From an uncultured Acidobacteriota bacterium (lineage in GTDB: Bacteria; Acidobacteriota; Polarisedimenticolia; J045), in the NCBI GenBank assembly GCA_963702425.1, contig CAVPCQ010000032.1, positions 32,001 through 96,000 on the forward strand: a stretch of DNA of 64,000 bases, written 5' to 3'. The notes beneath the pieces were generated by a model. The model ran no database searches. It saw nothing but the letters and a program-made list of their open reading frames with translations, and was not told the DNA's origin. Below, in pieces: positions 51,009-60,742 of the stretch (its first letter is position 1; each line of letters opens with the position of its first letter). The position numbers and the translations under genes are program-made.

Positions 51009-53978
51009 TCAGTTGATCGGCAACAGCTTGTTCTCGGGCTTCCCGAACGGCGCTTCGACGCTCGTGCCGTTCTGGAGATCGAGCATGTGGCGATAGACGA
51101 CGTTCTCCCACCACTCCCCCATGCTTCCGAGAGCTTGGAATGTGGCGCGCAGGCGATCCGCGCTGGCCACCTCCGTGCCGGCCGAAAAGACCTCCGGATG
51201 CTCCCCGATGTGCGTCTGGATCGCCATCTGCTCGGCTCGGATCGGGTGGGCTGCCTGCTGGACGAGGTTCAACTCGGCGTCGAGCGCGTCCGTGTACGGC
51301 TTCACCTTGGAGTCGTAGGCGGCCTGCGCCGCGGCTTTCCCGACGGGAGCCGCCGTCTGCAGTGCCGCGAAGGCGCTCGTGATCGCCGGCTTATGCGTGT
51401 TCCAGAGACCCGCGGCTTTGACGTTCCAGAACGGTAATAGCGACGTGTTGTAGTGCTCCTTGATCAGGCCGAGCAGCTTCAGGTACCGCAGGTAGAACTG
51501 GTAGTTAGGGCTCTTCGGGTCCTTCGTGGACGGTCCGAACAGCCGATCCGCCGCGGGGGCGACGCTGAGCGTGTACTGCTGCCAGAGCTGTGCCTTGAGC
51601 GCCGCCGGCGAACCCTGGGCCCTGACGACATCCACCTGCTTGTACGGCAAGTCAACCCCCGACATGAACGCGTCCGCCATCAGTTCGCCGGAGAACCGGG
51701 GCTCCGTGCCGGACTTCGCCGGTGCCCCCTTCTCGCCTTCCTCGTCGAGCTGGTTCCACTCGCCGCGCATCGATGCGACGTCCGCTGCCGGATAGCGGAC
51801 GATCGAGTCGTTGTTGACGAGGAACGTCGGCAGCCCGTCGCCCGTGATCAGCAGGCCCACGTGCACCGGCATGACGGTGTAGCGGAAGCGCAGTCTCAGT
51901 CTCGGGTGGTCGCGCATCAGCGATAGGATGTAGGCCATGCGCAGGGCGTAGACCCCGCAGTCGTGGATCAGGCGGCCGGCGAGGTCGCGCGGGAACGTCC
52001 TCGTCAGGAGGTTGTCCCCGAAGTCCTCGATGTTGTACGGCGTGTGTGTGGTGAAGACGCGCAGGTACCGTTCCAGGAGGCCCATGACCGCAACGAGCGC
52101 CTTCTCGCGACCCTCGACTGCCTCGTGCTGCTCGAACTTTGCGACCACGAACCGTCTCCAGTCGTCGTCGTTGTGCAGCCGCAGACCCGCCGTACCGAGC
52201 GTCGCGATCGCCGCGGCGTTCTCCTTCGTCTCCGACGTGAGATTCCCCCGGTCGTCTTTCTGTAGTCCGTAGATTTCTTCGATCAGGTGGATCTGCCGCC
52301 GCCGGGCAAGGAACACGCCAGCGAAATCGGACGACATCTCCGAGGCGAGTTCGGGGAGCTGCTCCAGGTCGTAGAACTGCACCTTGACCGAGCGCTTCGC
52401 CCGCGCCGCCTGGGTTCTGGCCAGTGCGTCGAAGTGTACGCCGCCCCCCTTCTTGAACTCGGAGCGCGTGGTCTTGACGGCCACGCCGCCGGCATGCCGG
52501 CTCTTGTCCGCGGGCTCGATCAACGGCAAGAGGCGGCTCTCGAGCCGGTCCTTCGCGGTGGCCAGCATCGCGCCGCCACGCCCGGCCGCGAGATCGTCGA
52601 CGGCTTGGTCCAGGACGACCTGATACGCCGACTGGATGCCCTCGAAGGCTTCGCGCATCAGCCGGACCAGTTCCGCGGCGTAGACGGAGATGGTCTGGTC
52701 ACGCTGGATGAAGTAGTTGTCGAGGGCTGCCGCGCGCTTTGCGGCGTCCTTCTCGATTTCCGCCGCACTCAGCGAGAAGCGCTCCCGCAGGAGCTGGCCG
52801 AGCAGGAGCAACAGCCCGTCGAGCGCCTTCAGCGCCCCCGCGCCGCCCGTCTCCGGAATCCGACCGAGCAGCCGCTCCAGGAGAGCCTCCCACGTGAAGA
52901 TCTCCCGGGAGTAGCCGCGATTGAAGCCCGGCGAGATCGACTTCTCGCGATTCACACCCCAGCGCCGGAGCCGCTCGGATTCGGCGTCCAGCCCGAGGAG
53001 GATCATCCGGCTGGACATCTCCGCCACCAGGGCGTTGGAGGGCGTCGCCAGCGGGAGCCGGTCGGTGTTGGCCGCCAGGAACTCCTCGAGCCGTGACTTG
53101 GTCTCGGGGACCGCTCCCCGGTCGATCGCCTCGCACAGCGCAACGAGTTTCTCGAGGAGCGGAACCGACTCCGGGATGATCTGACTCCGGACGATCGTGA
53201 TGATCTGGCGCCGCTCTGCCGCGAGCGCGTCGATCGCCTCCTGATGGAACGGCCTGGCCGGCGCAACCGCTGCGGTCGCCGGCGCCCGCTGCAGGCCAGT
53301 GGCCGTGGAGCCGCCTCCGAGCATCGGCTTTTCGCCGCGCAGTACGCATGCCGCCGCGCCGTCGGCCTCGGCCTCGGATCGATCGTCCGGCCGGCTGATC
53401 CGGTCGACGATGGGCGTGTTCCCACCGGAACCGCTTCCACACTGTTGAATGACGTGCGCGAACTCGTGGGCGATCACGTGTCGCGCGAGCTCCGAGTCCG
53501 GGCGGTCAGCCTGTGCGCCGAAGACCACGTGGCTCCCGACGGTGTAGGCCGGGGCGTCCACGGACCGCGCGGAGGCGCTCGACCGGGCGTCGTCGTGGAC
53601 GCGCACGTGACCGAAACCGCGCCCGAAGCGTGGCTCGAAGAAGGCGCGGGTGGCCGCGTCCACCGGGCGGCCGGGCGAAGCGAGGACATCGCGGACGACG
53701 CGTGGAATCGGCTGGCCCTCGGCCTGCGGGCCCGAATGCACGGCGATCTGACCGAAATCGTGGCCAGTCCGGTTCGAGATTCCTGCGACCGAGCCAACCG
53801 GAGGTTCTTCCGCCGCGTCTCGTCCTGATCGCCCTACTTTCTCCTGTCCGATCGCGTGCCTTGGGTGAAGGACCTGGTGCGGTTCCGGGGTTCGCCCAGG
53901 GAGCGCCGAAGAGAGTTCCGCGGACTTGGCCGACGGCACGGGTTGCGTCGCTTTCGATCCCTTTGCGAGAGCATGCAT
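51009..53978 (-). CDS. DUF4157 (eCIS core) cargo protein with putative papain/transglutaminase-like C-terminal domain
   Basis: GGAGG RBS; FEPRFG..FGHVRVH..AYTVGSHVVF..AHEFAHVIQQ, EAEAD; later DCGVYA, PVHVGL, VNND. Confidence 0.85.
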   Translation of the reverse strand: MHALAKGSKATQPVPSAKSAELSSALPGRTPEPHQVLHPRHAIGQEKVGRSGRDAAEEPPVGSVAGISNRTGHDFGQIAVHSGPQAEGQPIPRVVRDVLASPGRPVDAATRAFFEPRFGRGFGHVRVHDDARSSASARSVDAPAYTVGSHVVFGAQADRPDSELARHVIAHEFAHVIQQCGSGSGGNTPIVDRISRPDDRSEAEADGAAACVLRGEKPMLGGGSTATGLQRAPATAAVAPARPFHQEAIDALAAERRQIITIVRSQIIPESVPLLEKLVALCEAIDRGAVPETKSRLEEFLAANTDRLPLATPSNALVAEMSSRMILLGLDAESERLRRWGVNREKSISPGFNRGYSREIFTWEALLERLLGRIPETGGAGALKALDGLLLLLGQLLRERFSLSAAEIEKDAAKRAAALDNYFIQRDQTISVYAAELVRLMREAFEGIQSAYQVVLDQAVDDLAAGRGGAMLATAKDRLESRLLPLIEPADKSRHAGGVAVKTTRSEFKKGGGVHFDALARTQAARAKRSVKVQFYDLEQLPELASEMSSDFAGVFLARRRQIHLIEEIYGLQKDDRGNLTSETKENAAAIATLGTAGLRLHNDDDWRRFVVAKFEQHEAVEGREKALVAVMGLLERYLRVFTTHTPYNIEDFGDNLLTRTFPRDLAGRLIHDCGVYALRMAYILSLMRDHPRLRLRFRYTVMPVHVGLLITGDGLPTFLVNNDSIVRYPAADVASMRGEWNQLDEEGEKGAPAKSGTEPRFSGELMADAFMSGVDLPYKQVDVVRAQGSPAALKAQLWQQYTLSVAPAADRLFGPSTKDPKSPNYQFYLRYLKLLGLIKEHYNTSLLPFWNVKAAGLWNTHKPAITSAFAALQTAAPVGKAAAQAAYDSKVKPYTDALDAELNLVQQAAHPIRAEQMAIQTHIGEHPEVFSAGTEVASADRLRATFQALGSMGEWWENVVYRHMLDLQNGTSVEAPFGKPENKLLPIN

Positions 53979-54171
53979 GGCCACTCTCCTCCGCTTCCAT
54001 CGACGGGCGCTCGTCGGCCTGCCAGAGGATACGCCCGAAATCCGTGGCGTCATGGACCGTGCCATCTCTTGCCGGCGCGCTCGCTGACCGCTGCCTGTCG
54101 CCGCGTCGCCGGACCATTGACCGCTCGCTGGACCGGTGGGATGCTCTGCTTCGGAGTGCGAGGAGTCGCTC

Positions 54172-55272
54172 ATGTCGTATGTGGGGACGCCATTCGAGCA
54201 CGACCTCTTCGTGACATACAGCCACGGTGACGACGGCACCGGCAAGGGTTTCCTGCAGCCTTGGTCCGCCGCGTTCGCCCGTGAGCTCGAGGCCGAGCTG
54301 CGGGCCGACCGGACCTACCGTCAAGCGCTCCGGGTCTTCCTGGACGCCGACCTGCGGCCGGGTCACGGCGTGGATCCGCTCGCGCCGCTGACCGACCAAC
54401 TGCGCGATCAGATCGGCGGAGCGGCGCTGCTCGTGAGCCTGATGTCGCCCGACTACCTCGCGTCGACGTGGTGCGCCCGGGAACGCGACTGGTGGTGTGA
54501 ACGGCAGCAACAGCTCGGACTTCCGACCGACGAGCGGATCGCCGTGGTCCGCATCTGGCCGACGAAGGACCCGTGGCCGGCGGCTCTCTGTGATGCGCGC
54601 GGGGAACAGCTCCCGGGCTTCAAGTTCTTCGAGGAGTCTGCGGGTGCACCGCGTCCGCTGGGATGGGCTGATCTCCCGGGAACGTTCACCAGCGAGGCAC
54701 GCAAGGCCTTGCTGACCATCGTCGGACGCCTCTACACGAAGCTCGACGCGATGAAGCAGCGTGCCGAAGCATTGCGCCAGATCGACGCGAATGCCGAACG
54801 GCTGCAGCAGAAGAAGGACCTGGCCATCTACCTGCATGGCCGGGACGACCGCCGCCAGGCCTGGGACCACGCCGCGAGAACGCTGCTCGACGGTGGCTAC
54901 GCCGTTGTCCCCGGAGAGCCGGACCCTGTCGGCGAGACTCCGGAAGCCCTGCTCGAGCTGCGGGAGCGGCGCGTCGAGATACTCGCCGACTGCGATGCAC
55001 TGCTGCTGCTGGGAACCGACGACGGCCGCGCCCTGGACGCGGATCTCGTCACGGTCGGACGGCACGATCGCCAGTCGGCGCGCGCCAGAAGCCAGCGCCT
55101 GCTGCCGTGCGGCGTGCTCGACACCGTCGGACCGCCCGTCGCGACGGCGGTCCGCAAGGCCAGTGCGCGGATCGTGCAGGCCGACTGGCTCGACGGCACC
55201 TGTCCTCCCTGGACACCGCAGGTCCAGCAGTGGCTCGCGGAGCGGGGCGCCGAAGCGGCGAGGCTTCGCTGA
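54172..55272 (+). CDS. TIR domain protein with a second TIR/flavodoxin-like domain
   Basis: DLFVTYSH, VFLD, MSPDYLASTWCARE; AGGAG RBS. Confidence 0.85.
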   Translation: MSYVGTPFEHDLFVTYSHGDDGTGKGFLQPWSAAFARELEAELRADRTYRQALRVFLDADLRPGHGVDPLAPLTDQLRDQIGGAALLVSLMSPDYLASTWCARERDWWCERQQQLGLPTDERIAVVRIWPTKDPWPAALCDARGEQLPGFKFFEESAGAPRPLGWADLPGTFTSEARKALLTIVGRLYTKLDAMKQRAEALRQIDANAERLQQKKDLAIYLHGRDDRRQAWDHAARTLLDGGYAVVPGEPDPVGETPEALLELRERRVEILADCDALLLLGTDDGRALDADLVTVGRHDRQSARARSQRLLPCGVLDTVGPPVATAVRKASARIVQADWLDGTCPPWTPQVQQWLAERGAEAARLR

Positions 55273-57515
55273 TGGAACGGCTGCCCGGCACCGGGGCCGT
55301 ACCTGATGGATCCGCCGCCGGACTACCCCCGCGGCCTTACCCGGGCTTGCGCCCGTTCGAGACCGACGAGTGGCCGGTTTTTTTCGGCCGCGAGCGGATG
55401 GCGGACGAGGTCGTGGCGCGGCTCGTTCGCCAGCGCATCGTGTTCGTCCACGGCGATTCCGGGTGCGGCAAGAGCTCCCTCGTTCGCGCCGGCGTCTTCG
55501 CGCAGCTCCTGAGTGGGAGCGCCGGGGGGCCCTGGCGCACGGCGACCGCGCTGCCGCGGCGGACCCCGCTCTGGAACGTGGCCGCGGCGCTCGCGCGCTT
55601 CGACGATGTCGCAGACGACGACGCGAACGTCTTCGAGTGGCGCCGCGCGCTCAACTTCGGCCGTCACGCCCCGGACGCGCTCACCGAGTTGCGCCGCGGC
55701 CGGGGTGCACCCCAGCCTGCATGCTTGTTGATCGACCAGTTCGAGGAGCTGTTCCAGCACGCTCAACGCGAGGGTCCGGACGAGGCGCAGCGCCTGATCG
55801 AAACGCTCATCGCCTGGCACGAGCGGCCGCCGGAAGGGCTGTACGCCATCCTGACGATGCGCTCGGAGTACCTCGGGGCGTGCGGGCGCTTTCCAGGCTT
55901 CGCCGAGATGGTCAACGCCACCCAGTATCTCCTGCCGCGCATGGATCACGAGGACATGCTGCGCGCGATCCGCGAGCCGGCGCGTCTGTACGACGGCGAA
56001 GTGACCCGCGAGCTTGCCGAGCGGCTGATCGCTGATGCCGGGGGCGGTCAGGACCAGCTTCCGCTGATCCAGCACGGTTTGATGCGGCTCCACCGGCGGC
56101 ACGCCGCGGACACAGCCGGACCGTGGGAACTGGGCCTCGCGGCCTTCCCCGGTTCGGGCGGACTCGCGGGATTGCTGTCCGAACACGCCGACGAGGTGGC
56201 CGCGCAGTGCCGCCCCGCGCTCGCCGCCGTGGGCGCGGAGCGCGCCGTGGAGGACCTGTTCCGGGCGCTGACCGACTGCAACCCCGATGGCCAGCCGATC
56301 CGCCGGCCGCAGACGCTCAAGCAGCTCGCCGAGACGACCGGAACTTCCGAGGCGGTCCTGCGGCCGGTCATCGACGCCTTCCGCGCGGACGGCGTGTCGT
56401 TTCTCACCACCGCGTCCGGTGCGGCGCTCGCGCCGGGCGACCTGATCGACATCGGGCACGAGGCGCTGATCCGCTGCTGGCGCGCGCTGGCCGAGCCATC
56501 CGACGGCTGGCTGGTGCGCGAACTCCGGACCGGACTCGTCTGGCGCTCACTCCTCGTACAGGCCGAGAGCTTCGAGCAGGATCCACGAAACGTGCTCTCC
56601 GCGGCGACGACGGACGAGCGCGAGAGCTGGCTGAAACGGCGCAACAGCCGATGGGCCGAACGCTACGGCGGCGGGTGGGATCGCGTCCAGCGGCTGATTG
56701 ACGCGAGCTGCGCGGCACGCGACCGCGAACGGGCCGAAGCGGCCGCAGCGCTGCGCAAGGCGGGGCGCGAGCGAGCCCTGCGCTGGGGCCTCGCGGTCGC
56801 CGTCGTGTTCGTCCTGGGGCTGGCCCTTGCGCTGTGGACCGCAATGCGCCAGTACCGAGAGAGCCGCATCCAATTCCAGAGAGCCGCGGAGGCGAGCAGC
56901 AGTCGCGACGAACTGAAGAGGGAGACGGACGCTCTGGAAGCCCGGCGTCGCGAGCTGAACCAGCAGCTCGCCCAGTCGGCTGAGGCGCTCGGTCGCGTGC
57001 AGAGAGAGTTGACGCTCGCCGTCAACGAGACCGCCGCGCCCAGCGGCCTCAGGACGAGAATCCTGGACGCCACCAAGGAGCTCGATCAACAGGCCGAGAG
57101 CCTGACGACCGCCGCGAAGGAGCCCCGACCCCTCCCGATTTCCTCCGGCCCGCAAGCCGGCATTCAAGCCACCCTGTACATTCACATCGCCGAGGAATCG
57201 CAACGGCGCAGCGCGATGGCGCTCGAGCGAGCGCTCGAGGCGCTGGCCGGCAAAGAGATCGTCCTGCCCGGCATCGATCTGGTAAAGGACTACCCCTCGA
57301 GGGCCGAGCTGCGCTGCTTCCAGCCCGAGGAGTGCCGCGGCGAGGCGAGGAAGATCCTCGCCATGGTCCAGCGCTCGATCGCGGCGCCGGAGGTGCAGCT
57401 CCGAGACCTGAGCGCCCGTTATGGCAAGGTCGCGGGAGTCCGCCCGCGTCAGTACGAGCTGTGGTTCCCGCCGGGGGAGATCGTGCCTCGGGCGGGGCGG
57501 GGAGGCACGCCTTGA
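55272..57515 (+). CDS. nSTAND1 NTPase with TM helix, coiled coil and extracytoplasmic C-terminal domain
   Basis: PYPGLRPF, GDSGCGKSS, IDQFEELF, TMRSEY, LPLIQH, HEALIRCW; TM WGLAVAVVFVLGLALALW; TGATG coupling to the TIR gene. Confidence 0.88.
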   Translation: MERLPGTGAVPDGSAAGLPPRPYPGLRPFETDEWPVFFGRERMADEVVARLVRQRIVFVHGDSGCGKSSLVRAGVFAQLLSGSAGGPWRTATALPRRTPLWNVAAALARFDDVADDDANVFEWRRALNFGRHAPDALTELRRGRGAPQPACLLIDQFEELFQHAQREGPDEAQRLIETLIAWHERPPEGLYAILTMRSEYLGACGRFPGFAEMVNATQYLLPRMDHEDMLRAIREPARLYDGEVTRELAERLIADAGGGQDQLPLIQHGLMRLHRRHAADTAGPWELGLAAFPGSGGLAGLLSEHADEVAAQCRPALAAVGAERAVEDLFRALTDCNPDGQPIRRPQTLKQLAETTGTSEAVLRPVIDAFRADGVSFLTTASGAALAPGDLIDIGHEALIRCWRALAEPSDGWLVRELRTGLVWRSLLVQAESFEQDPRNVLSAATTDERESWLKRRNSRWAERYGGGWDRVQRLIDASCAARDRERAEAAAALRKAGRERALRWGLAVAVVFVLGLALALWTAMRQYRESRIQFQRAAEASSSRDELKRETDALEARRRELNQQLAQSAEALGRVQRELTLAVNETAAPSGLRTRILDATKELDQQAESLTTAAKEPRPLPISSGPQAGIQATLYIHIAEESQRRSAMALERALEALAGKEIVLPGIDLVKDYPSRAELRCFQPEECRGEARKILAMVQRSIAAPEVQLRDLSARYGKVAGVRPRQYELWFPPGEIVPRAGRGGTP

Positions 57516-57541
57516 TCTCGTCTCCATCGGACGCCGCATCC

Positions 57542-57678
57542 TGGACCTCCCATGGTTTTCCGGAGACCCCAAAACTCGAGAGGATGGGGTCATGGGAAGA
57601 GCGAGCCAGTTCTCACCTGAGGTCCGGGAGCGCGCGGTCCGGCTGGTTTTGCAGCACCAAGCTGAGCACGAGCCGCAG
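57542..57678 (+). mobile_element. IS3-family left-end fragment (IR-like end plus start of orfA)
   Basis: TGGACCTCCC..CCGGAGAC end, then MGRASQFSPEVRERAVRLVLQHQAEHE, truncated. Confidence 0.7.
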
Positions 57679-57825
57679 AGGGAATCGCCAACCCATTGCA
57701 TCGCTGTATTCCTGCAGTCTCGCCTGTTCCGGGGATCGGGAAATCACGCCACGTTCGGCTCTTGTTTCCAGCGCCACTCCTCGTATGCTGTATCCGCTAC
57801 GATTCCGTCCTCGGGAGGATCCATC

Positions 57826-58913
57826 GTGAAACCGGAATTCCGCCTCTTCCTCCTGCCCGATTGCGTCGTGAATCCGTCCCCCAAGCCGAAGGCCGGACGG
57901 GCGGTCTTGTCCCTGCTTGGCCTCTTCGCTCCGAAACTCATCGAGCTCGCCATCGGCGGCGTGGCCACCTTGCTCAAGAAGGCTGGTGGCGATCACACCG
58001 TCCACGCTGCTGGCCACGTCTTCTCCAACCTATACATCGCCGACAAGGACCAGGTCCTGCAACCAAACCCTGAGATCGGCTGCCTGCTCGGCGTATTCGG
58101 CGAGTTTCCCGCTTCCGAGTCAAAGGACGCCTCGCGCGATCCCGGCGTCGAACGCATCGTCAAGGCTGGCCTGATTCCGCGAGGCTCCGCAGTCTACGTC
58201 CTCTTCGAAAGCGCCATTCGCCCGACCGCCGATGCAACCGCCTTCTTCCTCGATACGCGCCACATCTCGGTCCGGGAGTTCATCGGCGACGGCATGAAGT
58301 CCGAGCGCGCCTTGGTCGCCACGCTGAACGTCACCGCACCCAGCGCAACCGCCGACGGTGACTCCATCGCCATCGGGAACATCGACTTCGGTCGCGTTAG
58401 CCGCGGTGCCGACCTCATCCCCCGAACCATCCCCTCGACGCCTACCCCCGCTACCAGTCCAACCTCATGCCGTGGGGCAAGATCAACGAGACGTCAAAGT
58501 CCGCCTATGACACGGACTTCGTCGCTGGCAAGGCCGCCGGAAAGGCCTACATGCCCGTGACGTTCCACCTCACCCTCTCGGAGACCTCCGACGGCTCCAA
58601 GTTCCTGCTCGCCCTTGGCGAACTCCTGGAAAATTCCAAGAAGGAGGCCGCGGCCGAGATCGCCAAGAGCGTCCTCCCCGAGGACCGCGCCAAGGCTGAA
58701 GCCGAACGCGCTGCCTCAGCCGAGAAGCTCTACCAGGACGAACTCGACGCCGAAATCGCCGTCCGCGAGGCCCAGAAGGCCCTCGACGCCGCCTCCGATC
58801 CCGCCGACAAGTCCATCAACCGCGCAAAACTCGTTTCGGCCCAACGGAAGCGCGACCGCGCGACCGCGCTCCGCGTGACCGCGGGGCTTCCGGCGCGGGC
58901 CCCGATCCCTTGA
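57826..58913 (+). CDS. Hypothetical protein with N-terminal amphipathic helix and C-terminal coiled coil, frameshift near 58430
   Basis: GGAGG RBS before GTG 57826; coding-like codon usage continues in a second frame to TGA 58913. Confidence 0.6.
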
Positions 58914-58988
58914 TGCTTTGCGCATCCTTTGGCGCCGCAAACGTAATCTCTAGGCCGCGCGTGGCGGGCCCCCGCGGCGGGAGGACGC

Positions 58989-59153
58989 ATGCGTGACAGA
59001 GAGCGTCGGCTCACGGCGATCCGGGCGGTCGTCGCACGCGGCGCGGTACGAACGCAGGGGGATCTCTCCTCTCACCTAGCGAAGTCGGGCTTCGAGGTGA
59101 GTCAGTCTACGCTGTGGTTCGCCAAGATCGAATCCACGCGTCGGCATGACTGA
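58989..59153 (+). pseudogene. argR: Truncated arginine repressor N-terminal DNA-binding domain
   Basis: GGAGGA RBS; MRDRERRLTAIRAVVARGAVRTQGDLSSHLAKSGFEVSQSTL matches the ArgR TQ.EL...L...GF.VTQ.T pattern, then diverges and stops. Confidence 0.65.
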
Positions 59154-59307
59154 TGCCTCGGTGTAAGCCGGGGCAGGAGGTACTCGCGATGGCATCGGCG
59201 ACGGTCGCGCCCAACCGCTGGCAAGGATGGCGGCGGAGAGATCGACACCAAGGCACACGCGCTCGGCGACGACGCGGCGGCCGCGGCAGATTGGTCGCGC
59301 GAGAGCG

Positions 59308-60128
59308 TCAGGCTGCCGGACGCCAGCCGTACCGGTGATGAAGTCCGCCAAGGCGAGGTCGAGCGATGACCTCGGCGGCTGGATCGGGCCTCGTCTCCAC
59401 AGCTCGCATCGCGGGAGCATCCTTCTTCAGGGACAGATGCGTCCGGTCGTCGAGGGTGTACGAGGCGAAGCAGCTCAGAAGGCGCTGCAAGTGTTTCTCG
59501 TTGAGGACGATGACGTGGTCGAGCAGATCGCGGCGTGCGGTGCCTGGTCGTAGGGGAACGCCTCGCGGAGTTGCTGCATGATCCAGGCCGCCGTCGGATG
59601 GCCGGTGACACGGAAGTGCATCAGCGCGCGCCGGGCGTGGTGGACGGCGAAGAAGACTTAGAGCACACGGAACGTGGCGGTGGGGACCGTGAAGAAATCG
59701 ATCTCGGCGATGACCTCGCGGTGGTTGCCGGGGAACGTTCGCCAGCGCTGACGCGCCTCTGGATCGACGGGACGTCGTGGCATGTAGCGGGAGACGGTGC
59801 GCTCGGAGACAACGAAGCCGAGCTTCTGGATCTCGCCGTGGATGCGTGGTGTGCCCCACGACGGATTCGCGGCCGCCATGCGCTGGACGAGAGCGCGGAT
59901 GTCGGTTGTTGTGCTCGGTCGTCCAGCGTGGAGCCGCGATTTCCAGCTCCAGTGCCGTCTGAAGCCCTCGCGATGCCAGCGAATGACGGTTGCGGGCTGA
60001 ACGATCGCGAGCGCCTCCTCCCAGCGAGGCCACCAGCGGCGCAGGGCCAGCCACAGAAGGTGGTCGACCGCGAGAAGGCGGGGCCGGGAGTTCTTCCGCT
60101 GGAGTACGGCAAGGAGGCGGTTGGGCAT
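59308..60128 (-). mobile_element. Degenerate integrase-core transposase
   Basis: VQPATVIRWHR, NPSWGTPRIHGE, DFFTV, LDHVIVLNEKHL, LGGLHHRY; internal stop and deletion. Confidence 0.8.
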
Positions 60129-60337
60129 CCACGCACGATGACGGCGGTAGGGACTGAGGGGAACCGGGCTCGTCCGCGGGCGAGTCAGGTATCCTGGCTA
60201 GGAACGCAACTCTTTGAAGGGCAATGCGGACGGTTTATGGTGAGGGACACCCGCTGCGCGAGCGGGGTGACCCAGCCGCCGCGCCTCCCCGGGCTTCCCC
60301 GGCTTCGGCCCAATCTCCGTCCCGCATCCCATCCGCC

Positions 60338-60348
60338 GGTGCTACCCT
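60338..60348 (+). promoter_or_regulatory. GGTGCTACCCT extended -10-like motif upstream of the DUF4157 cassette
   Basis: Core matches the four other copies. Confidence 0.35.
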
Positions 60349-60485
60349 GAACCCGTGGCGAAACCCGGACATTACCGGCTATCTGCTACCGCCGCACCGA
60401 AAGCAGCGTCACCATGCCGATTCCGCTGTCCGACGCGGATCGATGTCCGTACACTAGCTGAGCCGTTATGCGAGCTGGAGCCGCG

Positions 60486-60737
60486 ATGAACCGCCCTCTT
60501 TACGTCAACATCCAGCATCTGGTGATGGACGGTATGCCGTTCGACGGTGGACCGAGCGCACCGACAGAATGCGCGGTTGTCTGCCAGCGGACGCGGCTGC
60601 TCGGATACGGCCAAGGTATACCATTGGCACCTGGGGTGCCGCTGGTTGTGGGGCCCTTCATCCATATCGCCGCTCACCGTTCCTCCACCGCGATGCGAAC
60701 CGGTATCGCGCCACGCGTCCATCAGTTGAGGGTCTGA
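60486..60737 (+). CDS. Divergent paralogue of the small eCIS gene at 42066-42374 (possibly decaying)
   Basis: YVNIQHLVMDGMP..GIAPRVH resembles SLAIGELVLHGVP..AVARQVH. Confidence 0.45.
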   Translation: MNRPLYVNIQHLVMDGMPFDGGPSAPTECAVVCQRTRLLGYGQGIPLAPGVPLVVGPFIHIAAHRSSTAMRTGIAPRVHQLRV

Positions 60738-60742
60738 CCGCG

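Noticed and set aside
1810-58440. Frameshifts near 1817, 3800, 5590, 13083, 29880, 35350 and 58430 as programmed frameshifting or pseudogenisation
   Set aside because: They are scattered single indels in genes with intact catalytic motifs, and the one at 13083 is a single missing C relative to the sister repeat units. Sequencing or assembly error is more likely. Read polishing would decide.
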